DNA of 64,000 nucleotides from Eledone cirrhosa. Taxonomy: Eukaryota. The stretch spans positions 357,368,001-357,432,000 of the forward strand of contig OZ024740.1 in the NCBI GenBank assembly GCA_964016885.1, in the 5' to 3' direction. A program made the translations under genes and the position numbers. Each line of letters opens with the position of its first letter. Within the stretch, counting starts at the first letter, position 1. Below, in pieces: positions 23,186 to 36,217 of the stretch. The notes beneath the pieces are model-generated. The model worked only from the letters and a program-made list of their open reading frames with translations. It was not told the DNA's origin and ran no database searches.

Positions 23186-26100
23186 TTTAGAATGTTAGTA
23201 TCAGTGTATATATATTATTAAGAATGACAATAAATGCAGGTGAGTGTTGTGACATGGTTTTACTTCACAGAAGTCAAATAAATTAATAGAAATATTTTTT
23301 ACCACATGTTGATGGTCAGTTGGTCACAACTCCCAGACTGGAGTGTGTAGAGAAGAGCAGAAATCTTCTCTTGGTACGGTTCAAGTGGTCTTTTCGGTTG
23401 CCGGCGCAGGAAGTGAGAGGATTAATGCCTTGATGTTCTCAAATATATAGTCCCCAGGGGGAGGCAACTCTGTTAAGTACATGGATCTGCCACTGGTAGT
23501 CGCGACCGTCACAAAGGGACGCAACTCCTATACGTATCTGCCACCTGGAGTCGCGACCGTCACAAAGGGACGCAACTCCTATACGTGCTGAGTTACAGCC
23601 GTAAGGGGCCGCTACAGTACCCTCCTCCAGACGCTGGGTAACTGTAGCGAACCCACATGCATGGGCTCCCAGCACAGGCATGAAATATTAACGCAAAGGT
23701 ACATGTATAAATCAGGCATGAAATAGTAACGAAAAGATACAAGTATACATAGTAATACAATAAAGAGAAAAACAAAAAAGGCTCCAGTGGCCAGTTCACA
23801 TGAAAACAGTTTGGCAGAGTTTTTTGGACCAGTGGCCTCTTCGACCAGAACGGGTCGTGATCTTATATGTAGGTGAAGGTGGGGCAGAAGGAGCAGGTGT
23901 ATGCACAAGAGAAAAAGATTGGGGTATTTGTGGCTCGGGTGTATGAGCGTCATTGTATGCCCTCTTTAGTCTATCCATCGAAATTGTCTCTCTGGACACC
24001 TTAATGTCTACTGTGAAATGTTTGTCAGTACGTGCTAACACACGGTAGGGTCCAGAGTACGGCTGTGTGAGGGGTGGAGTAACCGTATCGTTTCTGACGA
24101 ATACATGTGTCCACGAGGCAATATCCCTCGGGACTGCAGCTTTAATAGTTTGTTTCCTAGTATTAATGGGCGCTAAGTCCTGAAAATAAGAGCGCAAACG
24201 AGATACGTAGGAAAGAAGGTCCTGAAGAGCAAGATCAACAGGGGCAAGCATTTTCCCAGGCAACACTAGAGGAGCACTATACAGTAATTCGGCCTGGGAG
24301 AACCCAAGGTCCTCCTTTATTGATGACCGAATTCCTAACAACACAATAGGAAGGTACTCGCTCCAACGTTGAGAGTCGGGATAGGCACGAAGAGCGGCCT
24401 TTAATTGGCGGTGGAATCGTTCCACCATTCCGCTCGAAGCAGGATGATAAGATGTGGTCCGAATCCGTTGAGCACCAATCTTTGTCAGCTCAGAGAAAAG
24501 ATGAGACTCAAATTGTCTACCACGGTCTGTGGTGACTGTAGTTGGTACCCCAAAGCGGGTAATCTACCCTGATACCAGGGCACGTGCTACAGTCTCAGCA
24601 GTAATATCTTGTAAGGGGGTGGCTTCAGGCCATCGCGAAAAACGATCGATACAGGTCAAGAGGTACGAATATCCACTAATGAATGGCCAAGGTCCAACGA
24701 TATCAATGTGGATGTGTTGAAACCGAGCATCTGGAGTACTGAAAGTACCAAGTGGAGTCCGGATGTGTCTGTGGACTTTAGATCTCTGACACTGTGTGCA
24801 GGAACGGCACCAGACAGTAATTTCTAGCTTCATATTGGGCCAGAAAAATCTAGCCGTTATAAACTTTACTGTGGCAGAAATTCCTGGGTGAGAAATGCTG
24901 TGCAAAGCAAGGAACACAATTCGACGATGAGTCTCAGGAACATATGGTCGTGGTGAATCCGGAGATACATCACATAGAATCTGCCTGTCGGTGGTCGACA
25001 AGGGCAGATATTTGAAGATGCAAGTCGCAAACTCGTCTGAACGATTGGAGTGCAGGTTGGTCTGCAGCTAAACGACTTAAGTTGATCTCCTGGGATGACG
25101 AGATGGAGCTGATTGGCAAACGTGGCAATGCGTCTGCAGCTATGTTAAGCGAGCCAGCAATGTGCTGGATATCACTTGTAAATTGCGAAACGTAATCCAG
25201 GTGCCTTGTCTCTCTGGGCGAATATCTGTCGGCTTTAGCCCTCAAAGCGAAGGTCAGAGGTTTGTGGTCGGTTAAAACAGTAAAATTTCTTCCCTCAAGA
25301 ATATGAGAGAAATGTTTCACCGACAGATATATGGTTAATAATTCCCGCACAAACGTGCTGTAACGCATTTCTGCTGGTTTCAGCTTCCTTGAGAAAAATG
25401 CCAAAGGTTGTTGGTTTCCAGCGTTGTACTGCTGTAAAACTGCTCCCACAGCGGTATCAGATGCATCAACACAAAGCGAAAGCTTGGCCTCTGGTACCGG
25501 GTGGGCTAGCAAAGATGAACTAGCGAGTGCTGTCTTGGCAGTCTGGAAGTCTTGAAGCTGTCCTTGTGTGAAGGAAATATCCTCATTCTTCTTACGACGA
25601 TTTTTCAAAATGTCAGTAAGGGAAAATAGCAAATTAGCACAATGAGGAACGAGACGCCTATAAAAATTGATTAGGCCTAAGAAGTGACGCAACTGGTGAA
25701 GTGTAGTAGGCGGAGGTAAATCCTGTATGGCTTGAACTCGCTGAGGGAGCGGCCTAATACCTTCGGTGTCGATGAGGTGGCCTAAAAAATTTAGCGAAGT
25801 GGAACCGAAAACACACGAACGCGGTAATCCTGAAGTCACCGAAATAAGAGATGCATGTGGCGCATATGCTCTTCCGGAGAGGAACTAGCGACGAGAATAT
25901 CGTCTATGTAAGCATAAACGAAGTCCAGACCACGAGTGACTTCATTTATGAACCGCTGAAAAGTGCTAGCGGTTCCTGAGTCCGAAAGGCATGGTCAAAA
26001 ATTCGAAGGATCCGAAAGGAGTTGTAATCACCGTTTTCGGAATATCCTCCTTCCTGACCGGAATTTGGTGGTAGGCTCGCACTAAATCTAGTTTTGAGAA

Positions 26101-28124
26101 AATCTTACACCCCTGCAATGAAGATGCGAAATCCTGGAGATGGGGAATGGGATACCTATCCGGGACGGTCATAGCATTTAACCTCCTATAATTCCCAGTG
26201 GGTCTCGAGTCGCCGGAAGTCTTGGGCACCATGTGTAACGGTGAAGCCCAAGGACTCGTAGATGGGCGAATAATGCCCAGCTGCAGCATATGGTCGAACT
26301 CGGACCGTGCTGCCTTTAATTTGTCCGCCGGTAAGCCGCGTTTTCGCGAAAACACTGGAGCACCGGTGGTGGAAATGAAATGTTCAGTTGAGTGTGTTGG
26401 CTCAGTGACTCGAAAATTTCCATCAGTGAGCTCCGGGAAAGAACCTAACAACGAATGGTAGGCGTCTCCAGCGGCAGCGATGAAGAATATGGGGCTGACT
26501 GTTGGAGCATTGGCTTTCCGGTAACGAATTGAAAAACTGGTGATGTCATCCACCAGGCGTTGGCCACGGACGTCCACAGTCAAAGAGAAGTTGTGGAGGA
26601 AATCCGCTCCAAATATAGGGTATGGCAAATCGGTAACCGTAAAAATCCACTTCAAATCCCTACGAAGATTTAGGAATTTGAGAGGAAGCAAGATTTGTCC
26701 GTACGTCTTTATAGACGAGTGATTAACAGCCTGCAGAGTAACGGATGACTCCACTCTATCTTTCAGGCAATGCACCGGCCAAATACTACAGGAGGCTCCT
26801 GTATCCACGAGGAAACCTCTTCGCGACATAAGGTCCTTAATGAAGAAATGGTGGTTTGGTGGCTTTATATTGAGGTCAACTGCCCCCATCAGCGGACCTC
26901 TTTCGCGTTTCCCGCCTTAAGAAACGAGCAAGGTTGCACGCAGTGGTTCGCGCTCTCGGCAAAACGCTCGTGGTACCAGCATAAAGATGAAGCTAGTGAC
27001 CTGGGGCGGCGTCTAAAAGAGTGCGATCTCCTGCTCGAGCGCGAACGGGCACCACACCAGACCTTCATCTTCTGGAGCTCCAGGATGAGTTCCTGATGGA
27101 CTTCTGCATCGCCATAATGGCTGAGTGAGGTGCCATTGTTATACCGTAGGTAATCTGCAAAAAAAAATCGTCTCCGTTTGGAAAAATGTCTCCAACACAA
27201 TGGAAAAGGAAGACAAAATCCCTTGTTTTTCTCTGTCAAACAACTGGACAGGAAAAAGAATGCATCCGAGACAACATGTAAAGGAGCGACTAACCGAGCG
27301 ATGTCATTAACAAAGTATAGGCAGGGAATTTAAAACTAAAACTAATATGTCGGACGATTTCGCGCCAAAAACACTATTGATGGAGAAGAAAGCCGCCATC
27401 TTGTCATCCTCAAAAATTTTAGCCAGAGAAAAGAAGAGAAGAAAAGAAGAAAAAGCATTCATACAATTGTTGTTTTGCTATGAAGCTAGCAGCAATATAA
27501 TGTTATCATTTTTTTTTTTTTTTTGTGTGTTTGTGTGTAAATAAATGGAATGTTCGCTTTGCACATATGAGGAGTTTGATTGTTAAACGTTACAGATAAA
27601 GATACCGAAATCAGCAAAATACAGCCAGGTCAGAATGAAGCGTGTTGTTCTGTATTAAATGTTTTTTCTTTCTCTTTTTTTTTCTTATATACACATGGTA
27701 CCGTTTCCCATTCTTTTTTTTTTTTTAAACGTCAGGTCACCAATTTAGAATGTTAGTATCAGTGTATATATATTATTAAGAATGACAATAAATGCAGGTG
27801 AGTGTTGAGACATGGTTTTACTTCACAGAAGTCAAATAAATTAATAGAAATATTTTTTTACCACATGTTGATGGTCAGTTGGTCACAACTCCCAGACTGG
27901 AGTGTGTAGAGAAGAACAGAAATCTTCTCTTGGTAAGGTTCAAGTGGTCCTTTTGGTTGCCGGCGCAGGAAGTGAGAGTATTAATGCCTTGATGTTCTCA
28001 GATATATAGTCCCCAGGGGGACGCAACTCCATTTAGTACATGGATCTGCCACTGGTAGTCGCGACCGTCACAAAGGGATGCAACTCCTATACGTGCTGAG
28101 TTACAGCCGTAGGGGTCCGCTACA
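23186..28124 (-). mobile_element. Ty3/Gypsy LTR retrotransposon, CsRn1-lineage features, inactivated
   Basis: LTRs 27744-28124 (5') and 23186-23616 (3'); TSD TGTG; PBS TGGTGACCTGACGT (tRNA-Trp-like, 27729-27742); PPT GGAGGAGGG; CHCC gag motif; order PR-RT-RH-IN with GPY. The left end may be 23184 if the terminus is read as CA. Confidence 0.95.
23796..27239 (-). pseudogene. Disrupted gag-pol of the Gypsy element
   Basis: CWYHERFAESANHCVQPC (gag), FLVDTGAS (protease), [18 protein letters not shown] and YAYIDDIL (RT), VDASD..TDHKPL (RNase H), HPG..Cxx[25 protein letters not shown] (integrase); several stops and frameshifts; gag N-terminus not recognisable. Confidence 0.92.
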
Positions 28125-28250
28125 TGTGCATGTATGTATATATATACATACTACTGTACGTCTGTATACATATATGTATGTACGTATACATACTTATATT
28201 TAAGTAACAGCCGTACTAAGAGTGAGAAATGAAATTTCGTTTCATTTTTT

Positions 28251-28255
<5 letters not shown>
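28125..28255 (+). mobile_element. Hammerhead-bearing repeat, right part displaced by the Gypsy insertion
   Basis: Reverse complement of 6745-6875. Confidence 0.85.
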
Positions 28256-28294
<39 letters not shown>

Positions 28295-28628
28295 AATATG
28301 GGTGAGAAGAATACTGCTGGTTGCACATGGAGAACATGTTATAAAATGAGTCCCTCATCAGTGATTTATCAAACGATCATGGGTATATATATATACATAT
28401 ACATATACACACAGCTATGATGTGAATGTGCGCAAGCGTCCAAATATTGCATGCCAGATATAATGATAAAAATGTCGTTTCGTTGAAAGAATCCCTCCTA
28501 TATGGACATACCGCTAGCTTTGACACATCTAGAATTACCACGTTGTTTGAAATAGCCTTCAAGTGGGAATATATATGTATACACTCACTTCTGCTTACAA
28601 ATAATCATGCATACATATGTGTGTATGC

Positions 28629-28744
<116 letters not shown>

Positions 28745-28971
28745 AGACAGAGAGAGATGTATTATTTATATATATAGAGAGAGAGATCAATTATGAGTTC
28801 TTTGTATTATTTGTAGTGCAAATTGATTATATATATATATATATATATATATATACAAATATTAACGGAGTTATAGACTTGCGTTAGTCCCTATAAATTA
28901 TGTGCACACACTCTCTCCCTCTAGTGAGTTATCCTTTCTACATATTGTATATATATATATATATATATATT

Positions 28972-29399
28972 CTTCTGGAGAGAAGAATACAGGCTATGGA
29001 GATGAGATGCTTCAGAAAGCTCCTTGCTATCACCTACAGAGACCGCATCTTCAATGAAGAGGTAAGAAACAGAATTTGGCAAGCCGTCGAGCCCTACGAA
29101 GACCCGCTGACAATTGTAAAACAACACAAATTGAGATGGTACGGGCACATGACAAGATCTTCAGAGCTTGCGAAGTCTGTCCTGCAGGGAACAGTACAAG
29201 GAAGGAGGAAGAGAGGCAGACAGAGAAAGAGATGGGAGGACAACATCCCGGAATGGAAAGGCATGAGGCTGGGTGCAACCATTAGGAAGGCGGAGAGGCG
29301 AGAAGAATGGAAGGGGATGGTTACCAGGTCATTTGCGGCGCCCCAACGGTCCACCAGACTACGGGATAGATAAGATAAGATAAGATAAGGTAAGATAGA
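28972..29399 (+). mobile_element. RTE-clade LINE 3' fragment with (TAAGA)n tail
   Basis: ERRIQAMEMRCFRKLL..LRWYGHMTRS..LQGTVQGRRKRGRQRKRWEDNI; the short tandem tail directly follows the stop. Confidence 0.9.
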
Positions 29400-29854
29400 T
29401 ATATTAACTACCAACTCGAGCATAATTATATGCAAATTAGTACATCCTTTTCAGAGTAATACTAAGAGGGAATGACTATATAAGTCCATCAAATACATGT
29501 TTCTTTGTGGTTGTTTGTATGATATACACGTCTTCTGATGAAGTCCCAATTATGTCCGAAAGGTGTTTACAGGGAAATTACCTACAATACATGTATACAC
29601 ATGCATTTTTTCCTCTATCTTTCGTGATGGTGGCACCCTGTTCTACGATATGATCTACTCTGGAGAATTTATCAGGTAGCTTTTATCGTATTTTTGGAGT
29701 TACAGTAAATGTGTCCTGGGTGTGGAAATAAATTACTTGCAGTGAATTATCAACCGATCTCATTTACCCTTAATGAAAGTATTCTGATAGTTTTGACTCT
29801 ATATTTTGGTTCTCTTGCCGAATCGTCATGTTTTATTTTTTTAAGCAGATTTCG

Positions 29855-31880
29855 TAGTGACGTAGCTATGACGAGGCGAGTAAAGGCCGCCTCTAAAAAA
29901 GCCTAGTCTTCGTGGGTTTGACAAAGTACCAGATTGGTGACTGGCGCGAATAAGATCACCCAAACTGTAGCTGCAATATTGTGAGGAAAATAAAAAAGAA
30001 CTTTACCGCATCTTCCTTTGCATGGGTTAACAAGGGATGTGTTCATGCCTTAAGTACAAGGGCCGTTTCTAAAAATATATTGCAGTCTCCATTTCATACC
30101 GCAAAAACTGGCGATGGGACTGCGACCCGTCATGGGAGGCGTGGGATGGACGCACAAGTTTGCGTATCCCAAGACCCCAGAGAGGGTCCGGAAGGGAGCA
30201 AACCTTGACAATCGGAACCTGGAATACCACAACCCTTACAGGTAACGAGCAGGAACTAGTGGGGGAGGTTAGATGCTATTGGCTAGTTATAGTCGGGGTT
30301 TCCTCAATAAAGTCCCGTGGCTCTGATACTGTAGATTTGGATGGAGGATGGAAACTACTATTCATGTGTGGCACCAGAAATCACTCCACATGCGGGAGTG
30401 GGGATACCCACAAGCACCCGGCTTGTGTTATGGACTGGTCCCATTAGAAGGGAGGATTTGCCTCTTGAAGCTTCAGGTGAAAGATAGGTCTCTGTGGACG
30501 GTGCAAGTTTATGCACCAAACACGGATCCGAATACAGGTCGTGCCTTGATGAAGTCACTGCAGCAGTAGAAGTGGTTAAGACTGAGTTATATATCCTAAT
30601 GGGAGACTTCAATGCAGATGTTGGCACTGACTATCTGACATGGAAAGGAGTGATTGGAAGGAATGGTGATTCCTATCTAAATACGAATGAAGAGGCCTTA
30701 TTAGACTTCTATTCTAACAATGGGCTCTATTATGAACACCTTCATCCATCATAGAGACATCCATAAATATACATGGTATTTAAGGAATCAGAGATAAAGA
30801 TCAATGATTGATTTTGTATTTGTTTCTTATCTCTTCGATTCTGTACTGGATGTTCGTGTTAAGAGAGGGGCCGAGCTGTCAACTGATCGTCATCTAGTTA
30901 GCTGCAACTTGAGACTACCTAAAGCCAAAGAAGCCCACAAAACTGGCAGGTCCAGAGCGACCAACGTGATAAAGTGGGAAGCATTGGTGGATAAGGAAGT
31001 CAGGACCAATCGTGCAGATACTATTGCATCTAAATTCAGAGAACTCACTGAACAAACAGAGGATGTTGAGGCAGAGTGGAGATTGCTCAGCTTAGCAGTT
31101 TCTGCTTCAGCTGATAAATGGTATTGGCGAAAGAGGCTTGATGTGACGCCAGGTGGCAGGAGGACCTCTTAGATCAATCAAGGGGTCAAAGATGCCATCC
31201 GAGCGAAGGAGGCTTAGAAAGCTTGGTTTGGAAATAAGACATCCTTCTTACACTTGCGCTACAAGCAGGCACGAAAAATCGCAGCAGAGACAGTAAAGGC
31301 GTCCAAAGTTAAGACATGGGAGGACTTTGAGGTTAAACTGGAATCCGATCAGCAAATAAAGTGTTCTGGCTGACCAGCCGCCGACTTCGTAATAAGAAGA
31401 CCTCCTCCACACCTGCTATCAGGAATGCGTCTGGGGTTCTCCTCTCTTCAGAGGAGTGAATCCTCGCAAGGTGGAGAGAATACTTTGCTGATATCCTAAA
31501 TCACAACAGCATCTTCTGATGCGCCCGAGGTGCATCTGGAAGCGGTAACTAATCTCTCTGGGGCTGAGGTCAAAAGAACAGTTAAAGAGCAAAAATGTGG
31601 CAAGGCAGCTTGGGAAGATGAAATCGGGCCCGAGATGTTAAAAGCCTTAAAATAGAGAAGGTATTCTCTGGCTGACTCGTGTGTGCGGGGTGGCCTGGAT
31701 CTCTGGAAAGGCACTTAAGCAATGGCAATCGGGAGTGATAATCCCAATTTTTAAGAAGGAAGACAAGAGAGATTGTTCCAATTACAGAGGAATCTCCTTG
31801 ATAAGCCTCCCCGGTAAAGTCTATATTAAGTGTCTCGCAAAGAAATGCAGGAAGATTATCGAGTCCAAGCTAGCTGGTTC
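29855..31880 (+). mobile_element. Decayed RTE (Expander-like) LINE, 5' half: UTR, AP endonuclease and start of RT
   Basis: IGTWN, VQVYAPN, MGDFNADVG, SMIDFVFVS, AELSTDRHLV, IIPIFKK, NYRGISLISLPGKVY spread over several frames. Confidence 0.88.
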
Positions 31881-32414
31881 AAAATATAATAACCTTGTTA
31901 TTTATTAAATATTGATTAAAAAAATGTTATTATATTTTTTAAATGGTCTTGTCAATATAACCACACATCTTTCCATCTCTTTTAACTTTTGAAAATCATG
32001 AAACTTGTGAAACCGGTAAAGTTAGAAATTATTGTAAATAAACCTTCTTAACGACTCCAATTGCGTTTTCAACTTATTTTTCATATGTTTTTACCCGTGT
32101 GATATATAATAAAAGACCTTACTCAGGAATACACACACACATACACACACATATATATTATACATTTATTCACATAGAGGCACGCAAAACTTATGTGAAT
32201 ATATTTATGTCAATAAATGTGTATATATGCGCGAGCATGTGTGTACGCATGCATATATCTATGCATGCGTAACTGTATGTATTATGTATGCATGTATATA
32301 CGTAGGTATGTGTGAATGTATGTATGTGTTTGTTGTGCATATTCTTGACACATTAAATGTATAATAAAATCAACAACACCAACGATAACTTCAGAAACAA
32401 CAATCACGATAAAA

Positions 32415-32416
32415 AT

Positions 32417-32448
<32 letters not shown>

Positions 32449-32469
32449 TTACTACTGCTGCCACTGCTG

Positions 32470-32510
<41 letters not shown>

Positions 32511-32605
32511 GTTGCTGCTACTGCTGCTACTACTACTACTATTGTTGCTGATGCTACTACTACTGCTACTGCTGCTGCTGCTACTACTAGTAGTAGTAGT
32601 AGTAG

Positions 32606-32648
<43 letters not shown>

Positions 32649-32887
32649 GCTGCTGCTACTGCTGTTGCTGCTGTTGCTAGTACTACTACTACTACTATAA
32701 CTACTACTGTTGTTGCTGCTACTACTACTACTGCTGCTACTACTACTACTACTGCTGCTACTACTACTACTGCTGCTACTTTTAATACAACTACTACTAC
32801 TACTACTATTATTATGATTATTATCATCCGTGTCTTTGTATTGTCCCCTACATGTCGGCCCTTGTGGCCAATAAATGAAATCATTAT

Positions 32888-32941
<54 letters not shown>

Positions 32942-32956
32942 AGTAATAATAATAAT
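32415..32956. repeat. Compound trinucleotide array (TAC/TGC/TGT) with an internal strand switch to (TAG)n
   Basis: Direct reading; explains the poly-V, -S, -Y and -L ORFs. Confidence 0.92.
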
Positions 32957-33175
32957 ATCTATCTCGTAACCCACTGTGGAAGATTTTGTTTTTTAAGGCC
33001 ACCCATGAATTTTTGAAAGGGGCGTACAAGTAATAAAACCTATCTCTCCACCCCGCCACTACTACCCCTATCATCCTACCATTCCACCACATCACCGTCC
33101 CACCATCCCTCGCATCACTAACAATTACAGCTAATACTACAAAATGAACACACGTTCAACGCACACGCTGATAGA

Positions 33176-33545
<370 letters not shown>

Positions 33546-33854
33546 TTATCGTAATGATGATGATGATCATGATGATGAGGGGAGGAGGAGGAGAGGGAGG
33601 ATGTAGACGAGGATGGTGATGGTGATGGTGATGATAATAATGATGACGTCTAGAACTGCGGCGGCGACAATGATAGAATCAGTATAATGATACATCAATG
33701 TGTTATCGTCTGTTGAAATACGAGACAAGTGAAACGACTTTGTTATGTAATCTGTCAAGATAGCGACCAGACGACTCTCTCCAGTAATATTCAATTTAAC
33801 CCACAGTGAAATAAAATCACTGAGATTGTCTACCTTCTAATATTTTGTACTGTG

Positions 33855-34515
33855 AAAGCTGTTGATTGGCCATGACGATAGAACATCGGACAAAATAGTT
33901 TACGGTTTATAGTTATGATCTCATACGTTCTGAGTTCAAATGCCACAAAAAACAATTTGGCTTCAAGTGTCGATAAAATAAACTACCGGTGAAGTTCTGG
34001 GATTGATATAATCAAGTTTTCTCTTCCCCTAAATTTGCTGGCCTTGTGCCTAGATTAGAAATAAATCAATATTTTGTGCTGCGACAGCTGATGATTGACA
34101 ATATCGGTAAAGCGTCGGACAAAATGCTAATCCCACCGAGGTCAATTTTACCTTTCATCTTTCCGGGATCGATAGAATAAAGTACTAAATTGATTTAATC
34201 AGCTTCACCCTCACCAAATGTGCCTAAGTTAGAAATCAATATGTTGTAGGGTAAAAGAGCTGAGTAAAATATTGGAACGTAGCACAATGGCTAGAACGTA
34301 ACTAATAGGCATTCGTTTCACAGGGGCTGTAGTTGGAGAACTACAATAAGTATGAGGTGTATTTATATTCTTTTTAATTCTGACACAGGCCTTTCAAACC
34401 TTGTGGATTCCATCCCCTTCCAGAGAGAAAGATGGGTAAAAGGAACTGGACCCAGTACTGGACTGATACTTTATTTATTGACCTCGAAACGATAAAAGGC
34501 AAATTTGACCTCAGA
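33855..34515. mobile_element. Three old, diverged SINE family A relics (two plus, one minus)
   Basis: Recognisable GTTCTGAGTTCAAAT, GTCGATAAAATAAA and GCTGGCCTTGTGCC blocks. Confidence 0.65.
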
Positions 34516-34920
34516 GTGTGATAAGCCATTTTAATCCAACAGTCGAACAACTCTGTTATTTCCAAGTGTCCACTCAAAAATATTGATAATAAACCATGAA
34601 ATCTTTTTTTTAGAAATAAAAATTAAAATATCCTAATTTATATTCTAAGACTATCGAAGCTTATCGTTGGAAGCAGACAAGCTGATAGTTCAATTCGTAA
34701 TTGGATTACCAACCGATTTCTAATTTCAAATTATCTGCAAACAATTTTTGCTTCTGGGCAGAAGACCTGGTCACATATATTTCGGTTCACTTAACTATAA
34801 GAAATATGTATCAGAACTACAATTAAAATAAATTTCTCTTCCTGAGGAGGATTCCTTTCAACCACAAAATACAAATTTCAGCACAGCCACGATCCAAACG
34901 TGACAATTTAATCCCACAGT

Positions 34921-35147
34921 CAGTGTGTCTCCCTCGCCATCCTCCGGGGAAACACCTTCTCTATTCTGTCCGCCGGGGCCGCAGGGCGACCAGCACGTGG
35001 ACTCCCATTTGCTCACAATAATGTGAGATGGGGAGAGCGGGAGAGACCGAGGCAGTGACAGTGGAAATTTGGTTCCTTTGTGTTCGGACCTGGTGTATAT
35101 TTGTGTATATAAGAGAGAATGTGTCGAAAAGCTGTTTCTTGTACAGT
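34921..35147 (+). mobile_element. CRE-like retrotransposon, extreme 3' fragment
   Basis: Translates QCVSLAILRGNTFSILSAGAAG, matching QRVSLAVLRGNAFSILSGGAVG of the element at 39195-40130. Confidence 0.7.
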
Positions 35148-35153
35148 AATCTT

Positions 35154-35618
35154 ATAATTGTTTCTACTTTTGGCACCAGGCCAGCAATTATCCCAGTGCA
35201 TTACTGGTACTTTATTTTATCGACCCCGGAAGGATGAAAGGCAAAGTTAACCTCGGCGGGATTTGAACTCAGATCATAAAGGGGGGTAACTCTATGCTTC
35301 AAAGCATGGCGCCCGACCCTCTACCGAATCTTATAATAGTATTAAATCATGCACACATCCGGCAATGCACACACACGTTCAACAAGCGATAAATAAATAA
35401 GTACAATGAGATATTTCACAGTGGCGGTGCTTGTGTTGTGTACCAACCCTGACAAGTTACAACCAGCAAGCTATGAAGAGAGGAAATGGTTTTATATAAG
35501 TAGTAATATAATTGTTTCTACTTTTGGCACAAGGCCAGCAATTACCCAGTACTGGTACTTTATTTTATCGACCCCGTAAGGATGAAAGGCAAAGTTAACC
35601 TCAGCGGGATTTGAACTC
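35154..35618 (-). mobile_element. Two SINE family A copies (35154-35327 with TSD AATCTTATAAT; 35510-35618 truncated)
   Basis: Family consensus in reverse; 11-bp direct repeat flanks the first copy. Confidence 0.85.
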
Positions 35619-36217
35619 GTAATATAATGAATCAAATTCAAAGTCCTATCTCCGTGTAACAGTAAAATTACAATAAAAGAATAAGCCATGATAGATAGCA
35701 ACATCTTTAACGAGTAACACAAACTACACAACGGCAATTGTTTTGTTGTTATTTTATTTTTATTTTTTTTAGTGTTTGGCTGCGGAACGAAAGACGATGT
35801 TTCCAAAATTCAGATTTTCGTCACGTTATAACATTTGTCATTACATTTGTGCCTAAACTGTCCGTTGTCCAGTCTGTTGTCCGCCTTGGAATTATGCAGA
35901 TAAGTCATTATCATTCACAGCTTAGAATATCTATGCTCACAATCAATAACTAAATCTAGTTATATTGGTGTACAATGTGGCAAAGTCTCTTCATAAGATT
36001 ACAGTATTTTCATAAAAGATTCGGAGCTCCGAGCTTTTGAATGATGCCCTCATCTCATAAAAAAGTCGGAGCTCTGAGTTTATGAATGATGCCCTCATTT
36101 CACAAAAGATTATAGTTTTTTCACAAAAGATTCGGAGCTCTGAGCTTATGAATGATGCCCTCACGACGAAAATTAATGAAATGATCTCCACGACATATCG
36201 TTCAGCTTCCAGCAACC

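Noticed and set aside
29530-29570. CTGATGA..CGAAA hammerhead-like boxes
   Set aside because: Stems I, II and III do not pair convincingly.
32282-33095. Poly-Val and poly-Ser ORFs over 230 aa
   Set aside because: Trinucleotide array artefact.
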